From positions 1-63,847 of the IMG/VR virus record IMGVR_UViG_3300033145_001771: a stretch of 63,847 bases of DNA. The stretch is one strand, 5' to 3'. Source of the stretch: a virus (taxonomy: Duplodnaviria; Caudoviricetes). Shown here piece by piece: positions 18,978-29,616 of the stretch. The notes beneath the pieces were generated by a model. That model saw only the letters and a list, made by a program, of their open reading frames with translations, made no database searches and was not told the DNA's origin. Both the position numbers and the translations under genes were made by a program. The number at the start of each line of letters is the position of its first letter. Positions within the stretch are counted from its first letter, which is position 1.

Positions 18978-19640
18978 ATGACATATACTACATCATTTAA
19001 AGTGCGGCAAATTTCTGGTTTAACAGAAGATGAACTTGCTGATTCTGTTCTTGATAGCCTGATAGAATATGCTGAAGCGGAAGTTCAAAGACAAATCAAT
19101 GTCCGTGCTGTAGATGAAGATTTAAATCCAAACCTAGATGGCACTGGCATTGATGGAGAAAATAAAACTTTTTATACAAAACATTTTCCTATCGCTGATG
19201 TGAATAAAGATTCGGTTGTAGATTCAAATGACATTACGGTTTATGTTTGGGATGATGAGCAAGATGAAAATACAAAAACAGTTGTAGGTGTGGACAGTGT
19301 TACGGCGGATTCAGGCAGAATAGTTTTAACTACAGCACCTTCAAGCGATAGTGAAAGAATATCAGCAGACTATAGTTATCATTTGAACCCAATCGATTAT
19401 TCCCTAGTATCAAAGGCTTGTGATTATTTAACAGCTTATTTATGCGTGTTGAGAAAACACGATATAATGCCTGTTTCATATACGTTAGGTAGGAGTCTAA
19501 AAGTTCAAAAAACCAAGATTGGCGAAAGATTATATCAGCAATATTTAGTTTATCTTAATATGCTCCGTCCAGTCGCTTCTAAAGTCGTTCATGGGACTGA
19601 CATCGTTCAGGCACGGACACATATAAGTTATGAGATGTAA
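18978..19640 (+). CDS. Putative head-tail adaptor
   Basis: YTT...VRQISGL, LIEYAEAEV pattern; position. Confidence 0.55.
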   Translation: MTYTTSFKVRQISGLTEDELADSVLDSLIEYAEAEVQRQINVRAVDEDLNPNLDGTGIDGENKTFYTKHFPIADVNKDSVVDSNDITVYVWDDEQDENTKTVVGVDSVTADSGRIVLTTAPSSDSERISADYSYHLNPIDYSLVSKACDYLTAYLCVLRKHDIMPVSYTLGRSLKVQKTKIGERLYQQYLVYLNMLRPVASKVVHGTDIVQARTHISYEM

Positions 19641-19652
19641 TTCAGAAAAAAA

Positions 19653-20009
19653 ATGAAATACGATTTACAGCACATTTTAAAAGAAGCTGGAGAGTCTGTA
19701 ATTCATTTAACCTATACCGAATACACAGACCCCATCACTGGCGATGTTATTTCGACCCCAAGCAGTGGAACTACCATTACCGCTTGGATTGAAGATATTT
19801 CCGAAACCGATAGGCTTTCAATACCTGGTGAACAGATAGCTGGAGATGCAACCGCTGTTATAGATGCTGATACTGATATTTCAAAGGGGGATAGGCTGCT
19901 TGTAGCTTCTGGACAAGTAGATGAACGGGAATATGAAGTTGTTGATGATATGGTTTTCAGATATGGCGGAGCAAAAGTCTATAAGACATTAACGCTGAGG
20001 AAAGTATGA
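19653..20009 (+). CDS. Putative head closure (stopper) protein
   Basis: Position; beta-rich with KGD...YEV. Confidence 0.5.
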   Translation: MKYDLQHILKEAGESVIHLTYTEYTDPITGDVISTPSSGTTITAWIEDISETDRLSIPGEQIAGDATAVIDADTDISKGDRLLVASGQVDEREYEVVDDMVFRYGGAKVYKTLTLRKV

Positions 20010-20440
20010 TACGAATGCGAGTGGTTGGAGATAAAGCAGTTAGGAAAAAGTTATTAACTGCTGGACCTAAAGTAATTACTGCTGTGGACAAAGCAGTCCA
20101 AAAAGGAGCTTTAATGATAGAAGCACAGGCGGTAAGGAATGCGCCAGTAGATACGGGTAGATTAAGAAAAGGTATAAGAGCATCTAGAATAGGTCCAATG
20201 GCATATCAAGTCGGAGTTAGTCGTGATGAAGTTCCATATGCCGAAGTTGTAGAATTTGGTTCATCTAGCCATTCAATTGAAAGCCCTGTTTTTCTTAGAG
20301 GTAAAATTAGAGATTGGAGATACATAAAATCACACCCAGGAACCTCACCACAGCCGTTTTTAAGGCCTGCATTTGATTCCGAGAAAAACAAGGTTAAAGC
20401 AATGATTGAAGCCGCAATACAAACCGCACTAAAAACTTAA
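20006..20440 (+). CDS. HK97 gp10-like tail completion protein
   Basis: APVDTGRLR, YAEVVEFG, PQPFLRPAF. Confidence 0.88.
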   Translation: MIRMRVVGDKAVRKKLLTAGPKVITAVDKAVQKGALMIEAQAVRNAPVDTGRLRKGIRASRIGPMAYQVGVSRDEVPYAEVVEFGSSSHSIESPVFLRGKIRDWRYIKSHPGTSPQPFLRPAFDSEKNKVKAMIEAAIQTALKT

Positions 20441-20620
20441 AAGTGTGTTTTTCTTACATTCTTACCCTTTTACCCTTGGGGTTAGAGCATAAAAATAGGG
20501 ATAAACGCCATTACCCCATCGCTTCTCTTGGGTATGAATCAATATCTTTTAAAAGTAACTTTCACGGCGATGCACTTGGGTTTTGGTTGTTATCTCAATT
20601 TCCCTTGACCAAACAAAACT
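20441..20620 (+). repeat. Dispersed non-coding element, copy B
   Basis: TTTACCCTTGGGGTTA...ATAAACGCCATTACCCCATCGCTTCTCTTGGG...GAATCAATA...GCGATGCACTTGGG; colinear with the reverse complement of 29430-29615. Confidence 0.8.
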
Positions 20621-20693
20621 GTCCTTTGAATTAGGAACATTAAAAATATAAACTTCACATTATATAATGAGTAATGAACCAAGAGAGGTTTAA

Positions 20694-22073
20694 ATGATAA
20701 CTGAAGCAACTAAAGGGATAGTTATACTGCTAAGAAACAACGTAACAGACCCAAAAGATAGGGGCACCACCACTACTGAAACCTTTTCTGGGAACGGCAC
20801 AACCAAAACTTTTACTTTATCCAATAAACAGTTAAAAAACGTTATTGATGTGGATGTAACGGGTGAAACCCTAACATACACAGTTCATTATGATAATCCA
20901 GCTAACAGCAGTGATTATCCTTCTATAACTTTTACCACTGCGCCAAAATCAGGCATCGATAATATTTCTATCGAATACCACTATGGTGCCACGTGGATTT
21001 ATCCATCGTTTCCAAGACTTGATGCTACTATGCCAAGAATATCGCTCAGAGTTTTATCGTGTGTGTTTGATGAGCATGCTATCGGCAGTTATATAACAAA
21101 TACAGCGAAAGGCTCGCTATATATTACAAGATTCCAGATTGATGTGTGGGTTAAAGACAAAGAGATACTGGAAATTGACGGAACCAAATATTCTGGGGGA
21201 AAGCTTCTTGATAAGCTAAGTGATGATGTTCTCGATACAATTTTTGATAATAGGAGATGGCTTAAACGTAACTATAACATTTTAGATATAAGGCTGACAA
21301 ATTCACGACCCTGGCCATATGATGAAGAGCACCAGCTCTTTAGACAGACACTTGATTTTGAGCTATTATGTGAAGAGGAATCCGACCTTGCAACCGAACT
21401 CCACTCCACATTATTTGGTGGCCCAGGTTATTCTCATACCGATTTAAGAGATAAAGAAGTTAATGGGGTTATTGACCACGATTTGAGCAATATCAGCCAA
21501 GGCATTGGAAATATCGGCGATGGCACTAATTATGCACAGTTCTCAGATACTGGGCAGTTTACTGCATCTGGGGATGCTCGTTGGTATAACCACTTCAGAA
21601 TAGACCCTGAAAGATTTAGATTACCCGCTGAAAATGCTCCTTCGTATGGCTTAAAGGGTGTATTTCCAACCCTTGACTTCAATAGAAATACCGAAGAATC
21701 AGCATATCTTTCTGATTATGTTCCATACCGAAAGGATGAATTGTCAAATATTGGAATTGATATTAGTTGGACAAGCGAAACAGCAACAGGTGCTGTCGTT
21801 TGGGGTGTCGAATATTTATCAATTGCTGAAGGTGAGATTGTGGAGGGGGCAACAACAACGGTAACTCAAGTTGGACATTGCAACGAAGCAGGTAAGTTTA
21901 ACCGCACAGTGTTTGAGACAGATATTAGTGCTGCAAATATAGCAAGTGATGAAGATATTGCTTTACGCCTATTTAGAAAAGCAGATGATGATGCTGATAC
22001 TTTAAACGAAGATGCGAGATTGGTTGGTGTCCATCTCCTTTTCATTTCAAACAAGTTTGGTAAACCACTATAG
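20694..22073 (+). CDS. Putative tail terminator fused to a C-terminal beta-rich domain
   Basis: MPRISL, FQIDVW, RQTLDFEL (terminator-like) followed by an extra ~220 aa domain. Confidence 0.5.
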   Translation: MITEATKGIVILLRNNVTDPKDRGTTTTETFSGNGTTKTFTLSNKQLKNVIDVDVTGETLTYTVHYDNPANSSDYPSITFTTAPKSGIDNISIEYHYGATWIYPSFPRLDATMPRISLRVLSCVFDEHAIGSYITNTAKGSLYITRFQIDVWVKDKEILEIDGTKYSGGKLLDKLSDDVLDTIFDNRRWLKRNYNILDIRLTNSRPWPYDEEHQLFRQTLDFELLCEEESDLATELHSTLFGGPGYSHTDLRDKEVNGVIDHDLSNISQGIGNIGDGTNYAQFSDTGQFTASGDARWYNHFRIDPERFRLPAENAPSYGLKGVFPTLDFNRNTEESAYLSDYVPYRKDELSNIGIDISWTSETATGAVVWGVEYLSIAEGEIVEGATTTVTQVGHCNEAGKFNRTVFETDISAANIASDEDIALRLFRKADDDADTLNEDARLVGVHLLFISNKFGKPL

Positions 22074-22081
22074 GAGGATAA

Positions 22082-22360
22082 ATGACAAACATAGTAAAAG
22101 ATAGAGCAGTAAAAAACATTAACCGGTCAATCGAAGTCGGTAATATCAAAGATGCAAAGCATTTAATTGACGCATATGACAGTTTGAACTTGCTAACTAA
22201 AAAGGAGAAGCAAGAATTTGCTGAGAAGATTCGAAAGTTTGAACCGACTTATGGATTATCAGTGAGCACAACGATTTCATCGACAGGTTGGGTTAAACCT
22301 GTTGAAAGTATAGATGTTGAGCAAAAACCAAAAAGGAAATCCAAAAGGAGAATAAAATAA
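22082..22360 (+). CDS. Hypothetical protein
   Basis: AGGAGGA RBS; basic C-terminus. Confidence 0.55.
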   Translation: MTNIVKDRAVKNINRSIEVGNIKDAKHLIDAYDSLNLLTKKEKQEFAEKIRKFEPTYGLSVSTTISSTGWVKPVESIDVEQKPKRKSKRRIK

Positions 22361-22378
22361 ACTAAGAGGTGATAGAAA

Positions 22379-22768
22379 TTGACATCTTACAGAGGATTTG
22401 AAGGGATTGTGAAAATTGACGACAATGTTGTCGCATTGGCTCAAGGTTTAACTATAGACATTGATACAGGTGTTGAGGCGGTTTACGTTGTGGGAAAAAG
22501 AGACCCAGCACGGCTTAAGGAAGGACAAAGAAGCTATTCAGGAAGTATTGAAAGGTTATATTCAGACGATACGTTATTTGATAAACTAACAACTGCATCT
22601 GGAACACAGACTGAGTATACAATTTCTGGTGTTGTAACAGATGGAACTACTACAAGAAGCTTAGAAGTTAAGGGTGTTAAATTCAATGCTTGGAGCTGGG
22701 ATATGCCGAGAGATGACTTTGTTACTGAGTCTGCAGACTTTGTGGCGACGGGAGTCGTTTACAGTTAG
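22379..22768 (+). CDS. Tail tube protein 1
   Basis: Beta-rich; SGSIERL, VTESADFVA; paralog of the next gene. Confidence 0.65.
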   Translation: MTSYRGFEGIVKIDDNVVALAQGLTIDIDTGVEAVYVVGKRDPARLKEGQRSYSGSIERLYSDDTLFDKLTTASGTQTEYTISGVVTDGTTTRSLEVKGVKFNAWSWDMPRDDFVTESADFVATGVVYS

Positions 22769-22779
22769 GAGTGATATAA

Positions 22780-23181
22780 ATGAGTTATACCTTTAAGGGA
22801 TTCGAAGGAGAATTGAAGGAAGGCAGTTCGGGCAGTGAAACTACAGTTGCACTTGTGAAAGGTGTATCATTTACAATCAGCGGAGGCACTGAACCTGTTA
22901 GAGCCATTGGTTCAAGAACGCCATCTGAGTTTAAGCAGGGACCACAAGAAATTACTGGAACTATAGACAAGATGCATTTTGATAACAGGTTCATTACTAA
23001 TGTAAATTCAGACTATCCATCAGAGATGAGCTTGGTTATCAAAGCTACGAGCGATGCAGGAGACACCTTCACTGTTACGTTAGGCGGTGTTGTGTTTCCA
23101 GAGTTATCTTTCGATATGCCTGCAGAAGACTACGTAACTGAATCGGTTAGTTTTGAGGCAAAGACACTATCGTACAGCTAA
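22780..23181 (+). CDS. Tail tube protein 2
   Basis: KGFEG, ITGTIDK, VTESVSFEA; similar to 22379. Confidence 0.65.
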   Translation: MSYTFKGFEGELKEGSSGSETTVALVKGVSFTISGGTEPVRAIGSRTPSEFKQGPQEITGTIDKMHFDNRFITNVNSDYPSEMSLVIKATSDAGDTFTVTLGGVVFPELSFDMPAEDYVTESVSFEAKTLSYS

Positions 23182-23215
23182 ATTAATCAAATAAAATCCA
23201 AGGGAGGATGATTAA

Positions 23216-23569
23216 ATGAAAGAATACTCGTTAGCTGATGTAGTTTCAGAGCTACAAGATGTAGAATATGAGATGCCATTTGAGGGTCAAGATGGGCCAG
23301 GGGTAATTAAGTTTAAAATCAAACCACTGTCATATGGTGTATTGAAAATTTTGATGAGGAAGTCTGGCGGGGATGAGCTATCAGCAGCAGATGAAATTGT
23401 TAAAAGGTCTGTTGTTGAGCTTGTAAAAGATGCAGACGGAAACATCAAAGAAATACCCGTTACAGCAGATACACTTGACAAGTTGCCTCCTGGCATCGTA
23501 ACAGCTCTGGCTACAAAAGTAAATGAAGTTTCGGGATTTGGAGTTGAACTTTCTGAAATAAAAAAATAG
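23216..23569 (+). CDS. Tail assembly chaperone (short form)
   Basis: Between tail tube and tape measure; ends in slippery A AAA AAA just before TAG. Confidence 0.75.
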   Translation: MKEYSLADVVSELQDVEYEMPFEGQDGPGVIKFKIKPLSYGVLKILMRKSGGDELSAADEIVKRSVVELVKDADGNIKEIPVTADTLDKLPPGIVTALATKVNEVSGFGVELSEIKK

Positions 23570-23739
23570 CAAACTCGGATGAGGGGCAGGTTGTCTATAC
23601 CTTATGCAGGGAATTTGGCTATCGCCCAGATGAGATTGGAAAGATGAGTCAGCTCCAAATAAATTTTCTTTTAGCCGGACTTCAGAGGGAAGCAAAACAA
23701 ATCAAAAGAGAAATGAAAAGTATCAAACGAATGAGGTGA
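23560..23739 (+). CDS. -1 frameshift extension of the tail assembly chaperone
   Basis: The -1 frame reads IANSDEGQVVYTLCREFGYRPDEIGKMS...MR and stops 4 nt before the tape measure ATG. Confidence 0.7.
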   Translation, partial: KKIANSDEGQVVYTLCREFGYRPDEIGKMSQLQINFLLAGLQREAKQIKREMKSIKRMR

Positions 23740-23743
23740 AGTA

Positions 23744-25798
23744 ATGGTAGGGATAGCTGGCATTGCCGGAATGCAAATCATCATCAGCGCGGTTGACCGA
23801 GCTACTGGTACAATGACTCGCATCGGTGCTCAAGCTAATGCAATGGCTCACCAAGTCGAAGGTGCTAATAAGCGAATGCTTCTCTCTACTAAACAGATGG
23901 GAATGGCATTCACAGCAGTCGGAGCTGGGGCTGCAATTGCTACCGGTCTTGCTGTAAAATCTGCTATGTCGTTTGAATCTGAAATGACTGACGCATTGAT
24001 GATGTTTGGTAAGGTGAGTGCTGATACACGAGCAGAAATGGAAAAAGTAGCTATTTCATGCTCAAGAGATTTAGGCATACCTGCCGCTCAATCTGCTAAG
24101 GCGTTCTATTATCTTGGGAGTGCTGGCTTGGATACAACAACCGCCATAGGAACACTTCCAGCTGTTCTCAAATTTGCCCGGGTTGGTTTAATTGATACAG
24201 CAGATGCGGCCGAGATGACTATGACAGCTATGAAAGTGTTTGGATATGAAGCGAAAGATTCAACGAGAATTACAGACATATTTATGGAGGGTGTTCGAAA
24301 TGCACAAATAACAACAGCTGAACTATCTGAGTCATTTAAATATGTTGCTCCAGTAGCAAAACAATTAGGGATGTCTCTTGAAGAAACTACTGCTGTGATA
24401 GGGATGTTGGGGGATGCAGGTATCCGCGGCTCGATGGCTGGTACCTCATTAAGAAGAGCTTTATTGAATTTGGCAGCACCGACGGCACAACAAAAAGAAA
24501 TGCTAGATAAATTAGGAGTTAGAGTTACTGATGCAAGTGGCAAGTTTGTCGGAATGGCAAGTGTTCTTGACCAGCTAAATGAAGCAACGAGAGGTATGGG
24601 AGAAACAGAAAAAGCAGCGGCTATGAAGGTTCTATTTGGAGCAAGAGCTGTAGCAGGGATGTCTGCGATTATGGAAATGGGGGGAGATAGACTAAAAGAC
24701 TACACTGCCAAGTTAAAAGATTCAAGCGCTACATCCGAGATGCTGGCAGACAAGAAGAAAGATTTAAGATTCCAAATTGAGCAACTAAAGGCAGAGTTTG
24801 GAGCACTGGCAATCGAACTTGGAACTGTTTTAATTCCAATTCTTAAGGATACACTTATCCCAGCAATAAGAAAAGTCGTTGAATGGTTTAGCGGACTAAG
24901 TCCAACGATGAAGAAAGTAATAGCAATCGGAGGACTTTTAACTGCTGCGATTGGTTTAATTGTTGGTCCACTTTTACTATTAGCAAGTCCAATAAGCGTA
25001 GTAATCGGATTGCTTATAAAATTGGCTTCCACGTTTTATCTTCTCACTGGTCCAATTGGATTAATTGTTTTAGCAATTGGTGGTTTAGCAGTCGCTTGGA
25101 AAATGAACCTATTTGGAATTCAAGACAAAACAAAAGCGGTCATAGATAAGATAAAGGGACTTTTTGAGAAATGGAAAAAGATTATCTTTTCAATGTCGGG
25201 GCCATTTGGATTATTAAAAGAGGCTTGGGATAGAAATCTATTCGATATTCAAGGAAAGACAAAATGGTTTGTTGATAAAATATTATCAATTATCCAGCCC
25301 TTAATTGATGGAATCAAATGGCTTGCTGAAGTTACTGGAATTTGGAAAGAGCAGGTTGATGCGGTAAGTGAGTCACACGAGGAATTAGCAAAAACAACAA
25401 AAGCTGCAAATGATGAAATCGTCAGGTCAAATGAGTTAGCATCCAAATCTTATGAAAAATTGACTGAAGCTATGCCAGGCGCACCGGCAAAAGCTTGGGG
25501 CAAGTATTTCACCATGAAGTATACTCTTGGTGGAAGAGAATATACGATTGCTGGAACATCTCAAGCAGCAGTTCTTGAAGCACTAAAAGCAAAAGGACCC
25601 GGCGTTAAAGCTATAAGAATTCCGTCTGCACAAGAAGGTGGTTTAGTTACTAAAGGTGGTCTAGTACAAGTTCATCCTGATGAATTAATTATCCCACGCA
25701 AATTACGAGAAAGACCTACTACAATCATTCAAAACATAACGGTTAGAACTGATGAGCAAGCCAGAATATTACGTCTCAATCCCAATGCTTGGTGGTAG
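23744..25798 (+). CDS. Tape measure protein (TP901 family)
   Basis: FESEM, LGSAGL, ESFKYVAPVA, GSMAGTSLR, LFGARA. Confidence 0.92.
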   Translation: MVGIAGIAGMQIIISAVDRATGTMTRIGAQANAMAHQVEGANKRMLLSTKQMGMAFTAVGAGAAIATGLAVKSAMSFESEMTDALMMFGKVSADTRAEMEKVAISCSRDLGIPAAQSAKAFYYLGSAGLDTTTAIGTLPAVLKFARVGLIDTADAAEMTMTAMKVFGYEAKDSTRITDIFMEGVRNAQITTAELSESFKYVAPVAKQLGMSLEETTAVIGMLGDAGIRGSMAGTSLRRALLNLAAPTAQQKEMLDKLGVRVTDASGKFVGMASVLDQLNEATRGMGETEKAAAMKVLFGARAVAGMSAIMEMGGDRLKDYTAKLKDSSATSEMLADKKKDLRFQIEQLKAEFGALAIELGTVLIPILKDTLIPAIRKVVEWFSGLSPTMKKVIAIGGLLTAAIGLIVGPLLLLASPISVVIGLLIKLASTFYLLTGPIGLIVLAIGGLAVAWKMNLFGIQDKTKAVIDKIKGLFEKWKKIIFSMSGPFGLLKEAWDRNLFDIQGKTKWFVDKILSIIQPLIDGIKWLAEVTGIWKEQVDAVSESHEELAKTTKAANDEIVRSNELASKSYEKLTEAMPGAPAKAWGKYFTMKYTLGGREYTIAGTSQAAVLEALKAKGPGVKAIRIPSAQEGGLVTKGGLVQVHPDELIIPRKLRERPTTIIQNITVRTDEQARILRLNPNAWW

Positions 25799-27564
25799 AG
25801 TTGCGATTTGGAAACAGAGATTCTTATAATAACGACCTAAAGATTTTATCAACAGAACCTTCGGGCGCAGTCAATATTGATACTGACGCTGGTTTAATTC
25901 GGTTAAATGATGGTTTTACGTCTGGAACTGTTTATTCCACTAATTTATTGCCTTCTAATGCTAGAATAGATTCTTTTTCTTATGATGAGGGATTTGATGA
26001 TTACTCAAGTATCGAATCTCAAAGTGGAATCGTTATCGGGAATTCTATGGCTACTGTAGAAGGCCCAAAGCGAAAGAAGATTACAATCACAGAAAGGTCG
26101 GGGAATACACTAACTGATTATCAAGTTAAAATTCCGGTTGCTTATGAAGATGATATGAAACCCGACTTTTCTGATTTAAGGTTTTATGATGCATCGGGGA
26201 CTCTACCTTATTGGATTGAGGATTATACAGCAGGAAGTTCTGGAAATGTTTGGGTTAAAGTCCCGTTAATTCCAGCAAATACTTCGGTTGATATCTACAT
26301 GGGATATGGGAATCCATCGGCGACGAGTGCGAGCGATGGGGATGCGACGTTTGAGTTCTTTGATGACTTCGATGATGCTTCGATTGATTCATCTAAATGG
26401 GATACTGGGGGCACACCATCTGAAAGTGGTGGTATTCTTACAATTGATGATGGTGGAGATTGTATTAGAGGCAAGACAAATTTCACATTTAAAGCGTTGA
26501 GGGCGAGGGCGAATACTGTATCTGGTTATACCGCTTTTGGTTTCATAAATGTTGATACCGCAGATGGAAATCAACTAAAACCTTTTGAGATGATTTATGG
26601 GTTTTCGACATCAACTAAGACTTACAGCGGGACTACAACCAATTCCGAATCTACCGACGTAGGAGATTATATGAACGCCTATCACATCTATGACATCAAT
26701 TGGAGAAGTGGAGAGGCGAAGTTTTACATTGATGGTTCACTTGTGGATACAGATACAACGTATGTATCAGCAAGTGCTATACCAGTAGGATTTTCTATAT
26801 ATTCACCCAATTCAGGTGTTGGTTATCTCGATTGGATTCTCGTCCGCAAATATGCCTCCCCAGAACCAGATGTTGTGGTAGCTGAGGAGGAAAATACACC
26901 AACATCATATCTAACTGGAAATCTTAATGAATCATTAGCTAATCTTAGAAAAACATTTAATTATAACGCAAAAGCACCACTAACTGGAGATTACTTATTT
27001 GCAGCATATTCCGAAGATAATACTAATTGGTATTCCTCGTCTGGATATGTCAATACATGGGATGCTTTAGCTTCTGGCTCGGATTCAATTGATATCTCAG
27101 GACTTGGATTCTCTAATCCATTCTATTACAAAATTAAAATAGAACCACCAAGTGGTGATGCATTATTATATGATGTCTCAACTGATTATGAAGAATCGGT
27201 ATCACCTCCATCGGGTTGCAAGTTCAATTTCTCAGAAGATGCAGAAACATGGTCAAACGACTATGAAGTAACAGCGAGCGGCGCTGGCTCTATTGATTTA
27301 GGTGGAGCAAACTGTGACGATGTATTTTATTACCGGGCAACCCTCTGGGGTGACAACGATGTAAAGTTAAAAGAAATTACAGCAAACTATGATTTAGATG
27401 TCTCTAAACCCTGTGTAAAGGTCGAAATCTGGGATAAAAACGACGTTAAAAGAACATCACCTTATGAGCTTGAAGTTGAATCTGTTTCTGTTACCAATAC
27501 ATTGACTTCAAAGGTCGATACGTTTGAGATTGTTTTGCGTAATGATAGTGGAAAATATCAATAA
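25789..27564 (+). CDS. Tail/baseplate protein with DUF2341-like and lectin-like domains (probably N-terminal part of a split gene)
   Basis: DFSDLRFYD, LPYWIE, WVKVP, YGNP, FDDF, VRKY..PEP. Confidence 0.75.
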   Translation: MVVELRFGNRDSYNNDLKILSTEPSGAVNIDTDAGLIRLNDGFTSGTVYSTNLLPSNARIDSFSYDEGFDDYSSIESQSGIVIGNSMATVEGPKRKKITITERSGNTLTDYQVKIPVAYEDDMKPDFSDLRFYDASGTLPYWIEDYTAGSSGNVWVKVPLIPANTSVDIYMGYGNPSATSASDGDATFEFFDDFDDASIDSSKWDTGGTPSESGGILTIDDGGDCIRGKTNFTFKALRARANTVSGYTAFGFINVDTADGNQLKPFEMIYGFSTSTKTYSGTTTNSESTDVGDYMNAYHIYDINWRSGEAKFYIDGSLVDTDTTYVSASAIPVGFSIYSPNSGVGYLDWILVRKYASPEPDVVVAEEENTPTSYLTGNLNESLANLRKTFNYNAKAPLTGDYLFAAYSEDNTNWYSSSGYVNTWDALASGSDSIDISGLGFSNPFYYKIKIEPPSGDALLYDVSTDYEESVSPPSGCKFNFSEDAETWSNDYEVTASGAGSIDLGGANCDDVFYYRATLWGDNDVKLKEITANYDLDVSKPCVKVEIWDKNDVKRTSPYELEVESVSVTNTLTSKVDTFEIVLRNDSGKYQ

Positions 27565-29413
27565 AGATGTCAAAATTTATTTCGGATATAATAATCAATA
27601 CACCCAAAAAATTTATGGGTTTATTGACCGAATTCGTTTCAGGAGAAGTTCATATGCAAATGAGCAATGCATTTTGGAAGGCAGGAGCTACGAAGCAAAA
27701 CTATACTTCAGAAGGCTGTCTAATGAATCCCATCGCTCATATTCTGAGAAAGGAGCAGGAGAAATCGTAATTGACTTGATGGATACTTATCTTCCAACTG
27801 CTGAAAGTGGAATTACTACAGAAAATGTTATACCCGGAGGATTGCAAGACGATGTTACCCAAACTGAAAATAACACAGCAAAAGAGATTTATCAGAAAAA
27901 TACAGAAGAGATACTAAACTGGTCTTTTGAAACTAATGACCCACCCAGCAATTGGAGTTATACAAGCGAGGGTGGTACTACAAGCTTTACTCGGTCAGAC
28001 CAGCATACCACAGATGGAAGTTATACCGGAAGATTATATGCTTTAGCTAATCCTGATACCAATGCAGGTGCCTATATTACACAAAATGTAGACTTCACAA
28101 ACATCGATAAGTTAATTTTTGATGTATATCTTAGTGGATATAGTGATGGTGCGGCAGCAGCTTATGTATACATCGATTCAGATTTAGTTTGGTCAAAACA
28201 ACTTCCAGGACCTGCACCCCCATATTCCACCCCCCAAGAGCAGCCATATAACAATGTTGAAATTGATTGCTCCAGTTATACCGGAACAAAAACCCTTAAG
28301 CTAAGAGTTTGGGCAAAACAATCCACGCTCTATAGTCTAGCTGCATTTTGGGATAACTTCCGAACTTATAGAGCTGACCAAGGGAGCAACATAGCATGCG
28401 GTCAGACATTCACTACTGGCTCTGATGTCCAAAACATTAGCAGAATTAAGTTCTTGGTTAGCAAAAATAATTATACAGGTTCGAATCCACTGACTTGTAA
28501 AATCTATACCGACTCTTCAAAAGGAACTCTCTTAGGAACAGCTACAAATGCTGAAATCCCCCCAAGCAAAGACTGGATTGATTTCCACTTTAATCCAATA
28601 GTTGCGGTTACACCAAATACCCAATATTATGTAGAACTAACTCCGCCACTTGATGCACGTGAAAGCCCAGATGGCAAAATATTGTTTTATTATCAAAACA
28701 CTGATGTATTATCAGGTGGCAATTTCTACACAATAGAAGACGAAACAGCAACTTCTCAATCATCATATGATGCAGCAATTAAAACATCATTTATACTGAA
28801 TTACATTGAATCAATTTCATTTGCTAAAAATGAAACTGTGTTTGATGCAGTGGAGAAGCTTTCTAAATATTATGATTTCGATTGGTATATTGATTTTAAT
28901 AAAGACTTAAACTTTTTCCCAAAAGAAACGAAGGCTAGCAACTTCTTATTCAATGAATCAGATTCAATTCAATCAGCAGAGATTCAAGAAGATGGATTTT
29001 ATATCCGAAATACTATTGATGTCGAAGGTTCTGGAAGTGTATCTTATAGCACGAATGATTCCAGCTCTCAAACTATTTATAACCAAAGAGATTTATATGT
29101 CAAAGATGTTTCAATAGATAGTAACACATATGCTTCTGGGGTTGCTGAAAGTCTGCTTGCAGATTGGAAAACTACCCGAAAGAGTGGCAAAATAACAACG
29201 GTGGGGCTGCCAGAGCTCAATGTAGGTGAAATCATTTGGGTTGAGATTCCAAACTCAAGTGTGAACGGTGAATATACGGTTGCCGAATTAAGAACTACGT
29301 TTGTTGCGCCTAATATATTTGAATCTGAGATAACGCTAAATGAAGTGCTTCCTGAGTCTTGGGAGTATTTGGATAAATTAAAGAAAAGAACAGACGTACT
29401 GGAGATTTATTAA
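27524..29413 (+). CDS. Tail/baseplate hub-like protein with carbohydrate-binding-like inserts
   Basis: Hub-like segments (IYGFID, DWYID..KDLNFF, VGEIIWV) flanking SFE...W...DN CBM-like domains. Confidence 0.6.
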   Translation: MRLFCVMIVENINKDVKIYFGYNNQYTQKIYGFIDRIRFRRSSYANEQCILEGRSYEAKLYFRRLSNESHRSYSEKGAGEIVIDLMDTYLPTAESGITTENVIPGGLQDDVTQTENNTAKEIYQKNTEEILNWSFETNDPPSNWSYTSEGGTTSFTRSDQHTTDGSYTGRLYALANPDTNAGAYITQNVDFTNIDKLIFDVYLSGYSDGAAAAYVYIDSDLVWSKQLPGPAPPYSTPQEQPYNNVEIDCSSYTGTKTLKLRVWAKQSTLYSLAAFWDNFRTYRADQGSNIACGQTFTTGSDVQNISRIKFLVSKNNYTGSNPLTCKIYTDSSKGTLLGTATNAEIPPSKDWIDFHFNPIVAVTPNTQYYVELTPPLDARESPDGKILFYYQNTDVLSGGNFYTIEDETATSQSSYDAAIKTSFILNYIESISFAKNETVFDAVEKLSKYYDFDWYIDFNKDLNFFPKETKASNFLFNESDSIQSAEIQEDGFYIRNTIDVEGSGSVSYSTNDSSSQTIYNQRDLYVKDVSIDSNTYASGVAESLLADWKTTRKSGKITTVGLPELNVGEIIWVEIPNSSVNGEYTVAELRTTFVAPNIFESEITLNEVLPESWEYLDKLKKRTDVLEIY

Positions 29414-29429
29414 TCAAGCCTGATATCTT

Positions 29430-29615
29430 ATCAATTTTTTTGTTAGGTGAAGGAAATAACCTTCAACACCCAAAAACCGAGAGCATCGCTGGGAAGTTCT
29501 TATTTCAAAGGTATTGATTCCCACCCGAGAGCGTCGATGGGGTAATGTCGTTTATACCCATTTTTATACCTTAACCCCTATATGTTAAAGGTAGAAAATA
29601 GCAAAAAACCACATT
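29430..29615 (-). repeat. Dispersed non-coding element, copy C
   Basis: Reverse complement reads GGGGTTAAGGTATAAAAATGGGTATAAACGACATTACCCCATCGACGCTCTCGGG..GAATCAATA...GCGATGCTCTCGG; lies at the convergence of the two main operons. Confidence 0.8.
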
Positions 29616-29616
29616 T

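Noticed and set aside
16697-29413. Diversity-generating retroelement targeting adhesins
   Set aside because: No reverse transcriptase and no TR/VR pair; the B and C repeats are non-coding and differ at all base types.
20441-29615. Invertible segment bounded by inverted copies B and C
   Set aside because: Copies are too divergent, no recombinase was recognised, and three other copies lie elsewhere.
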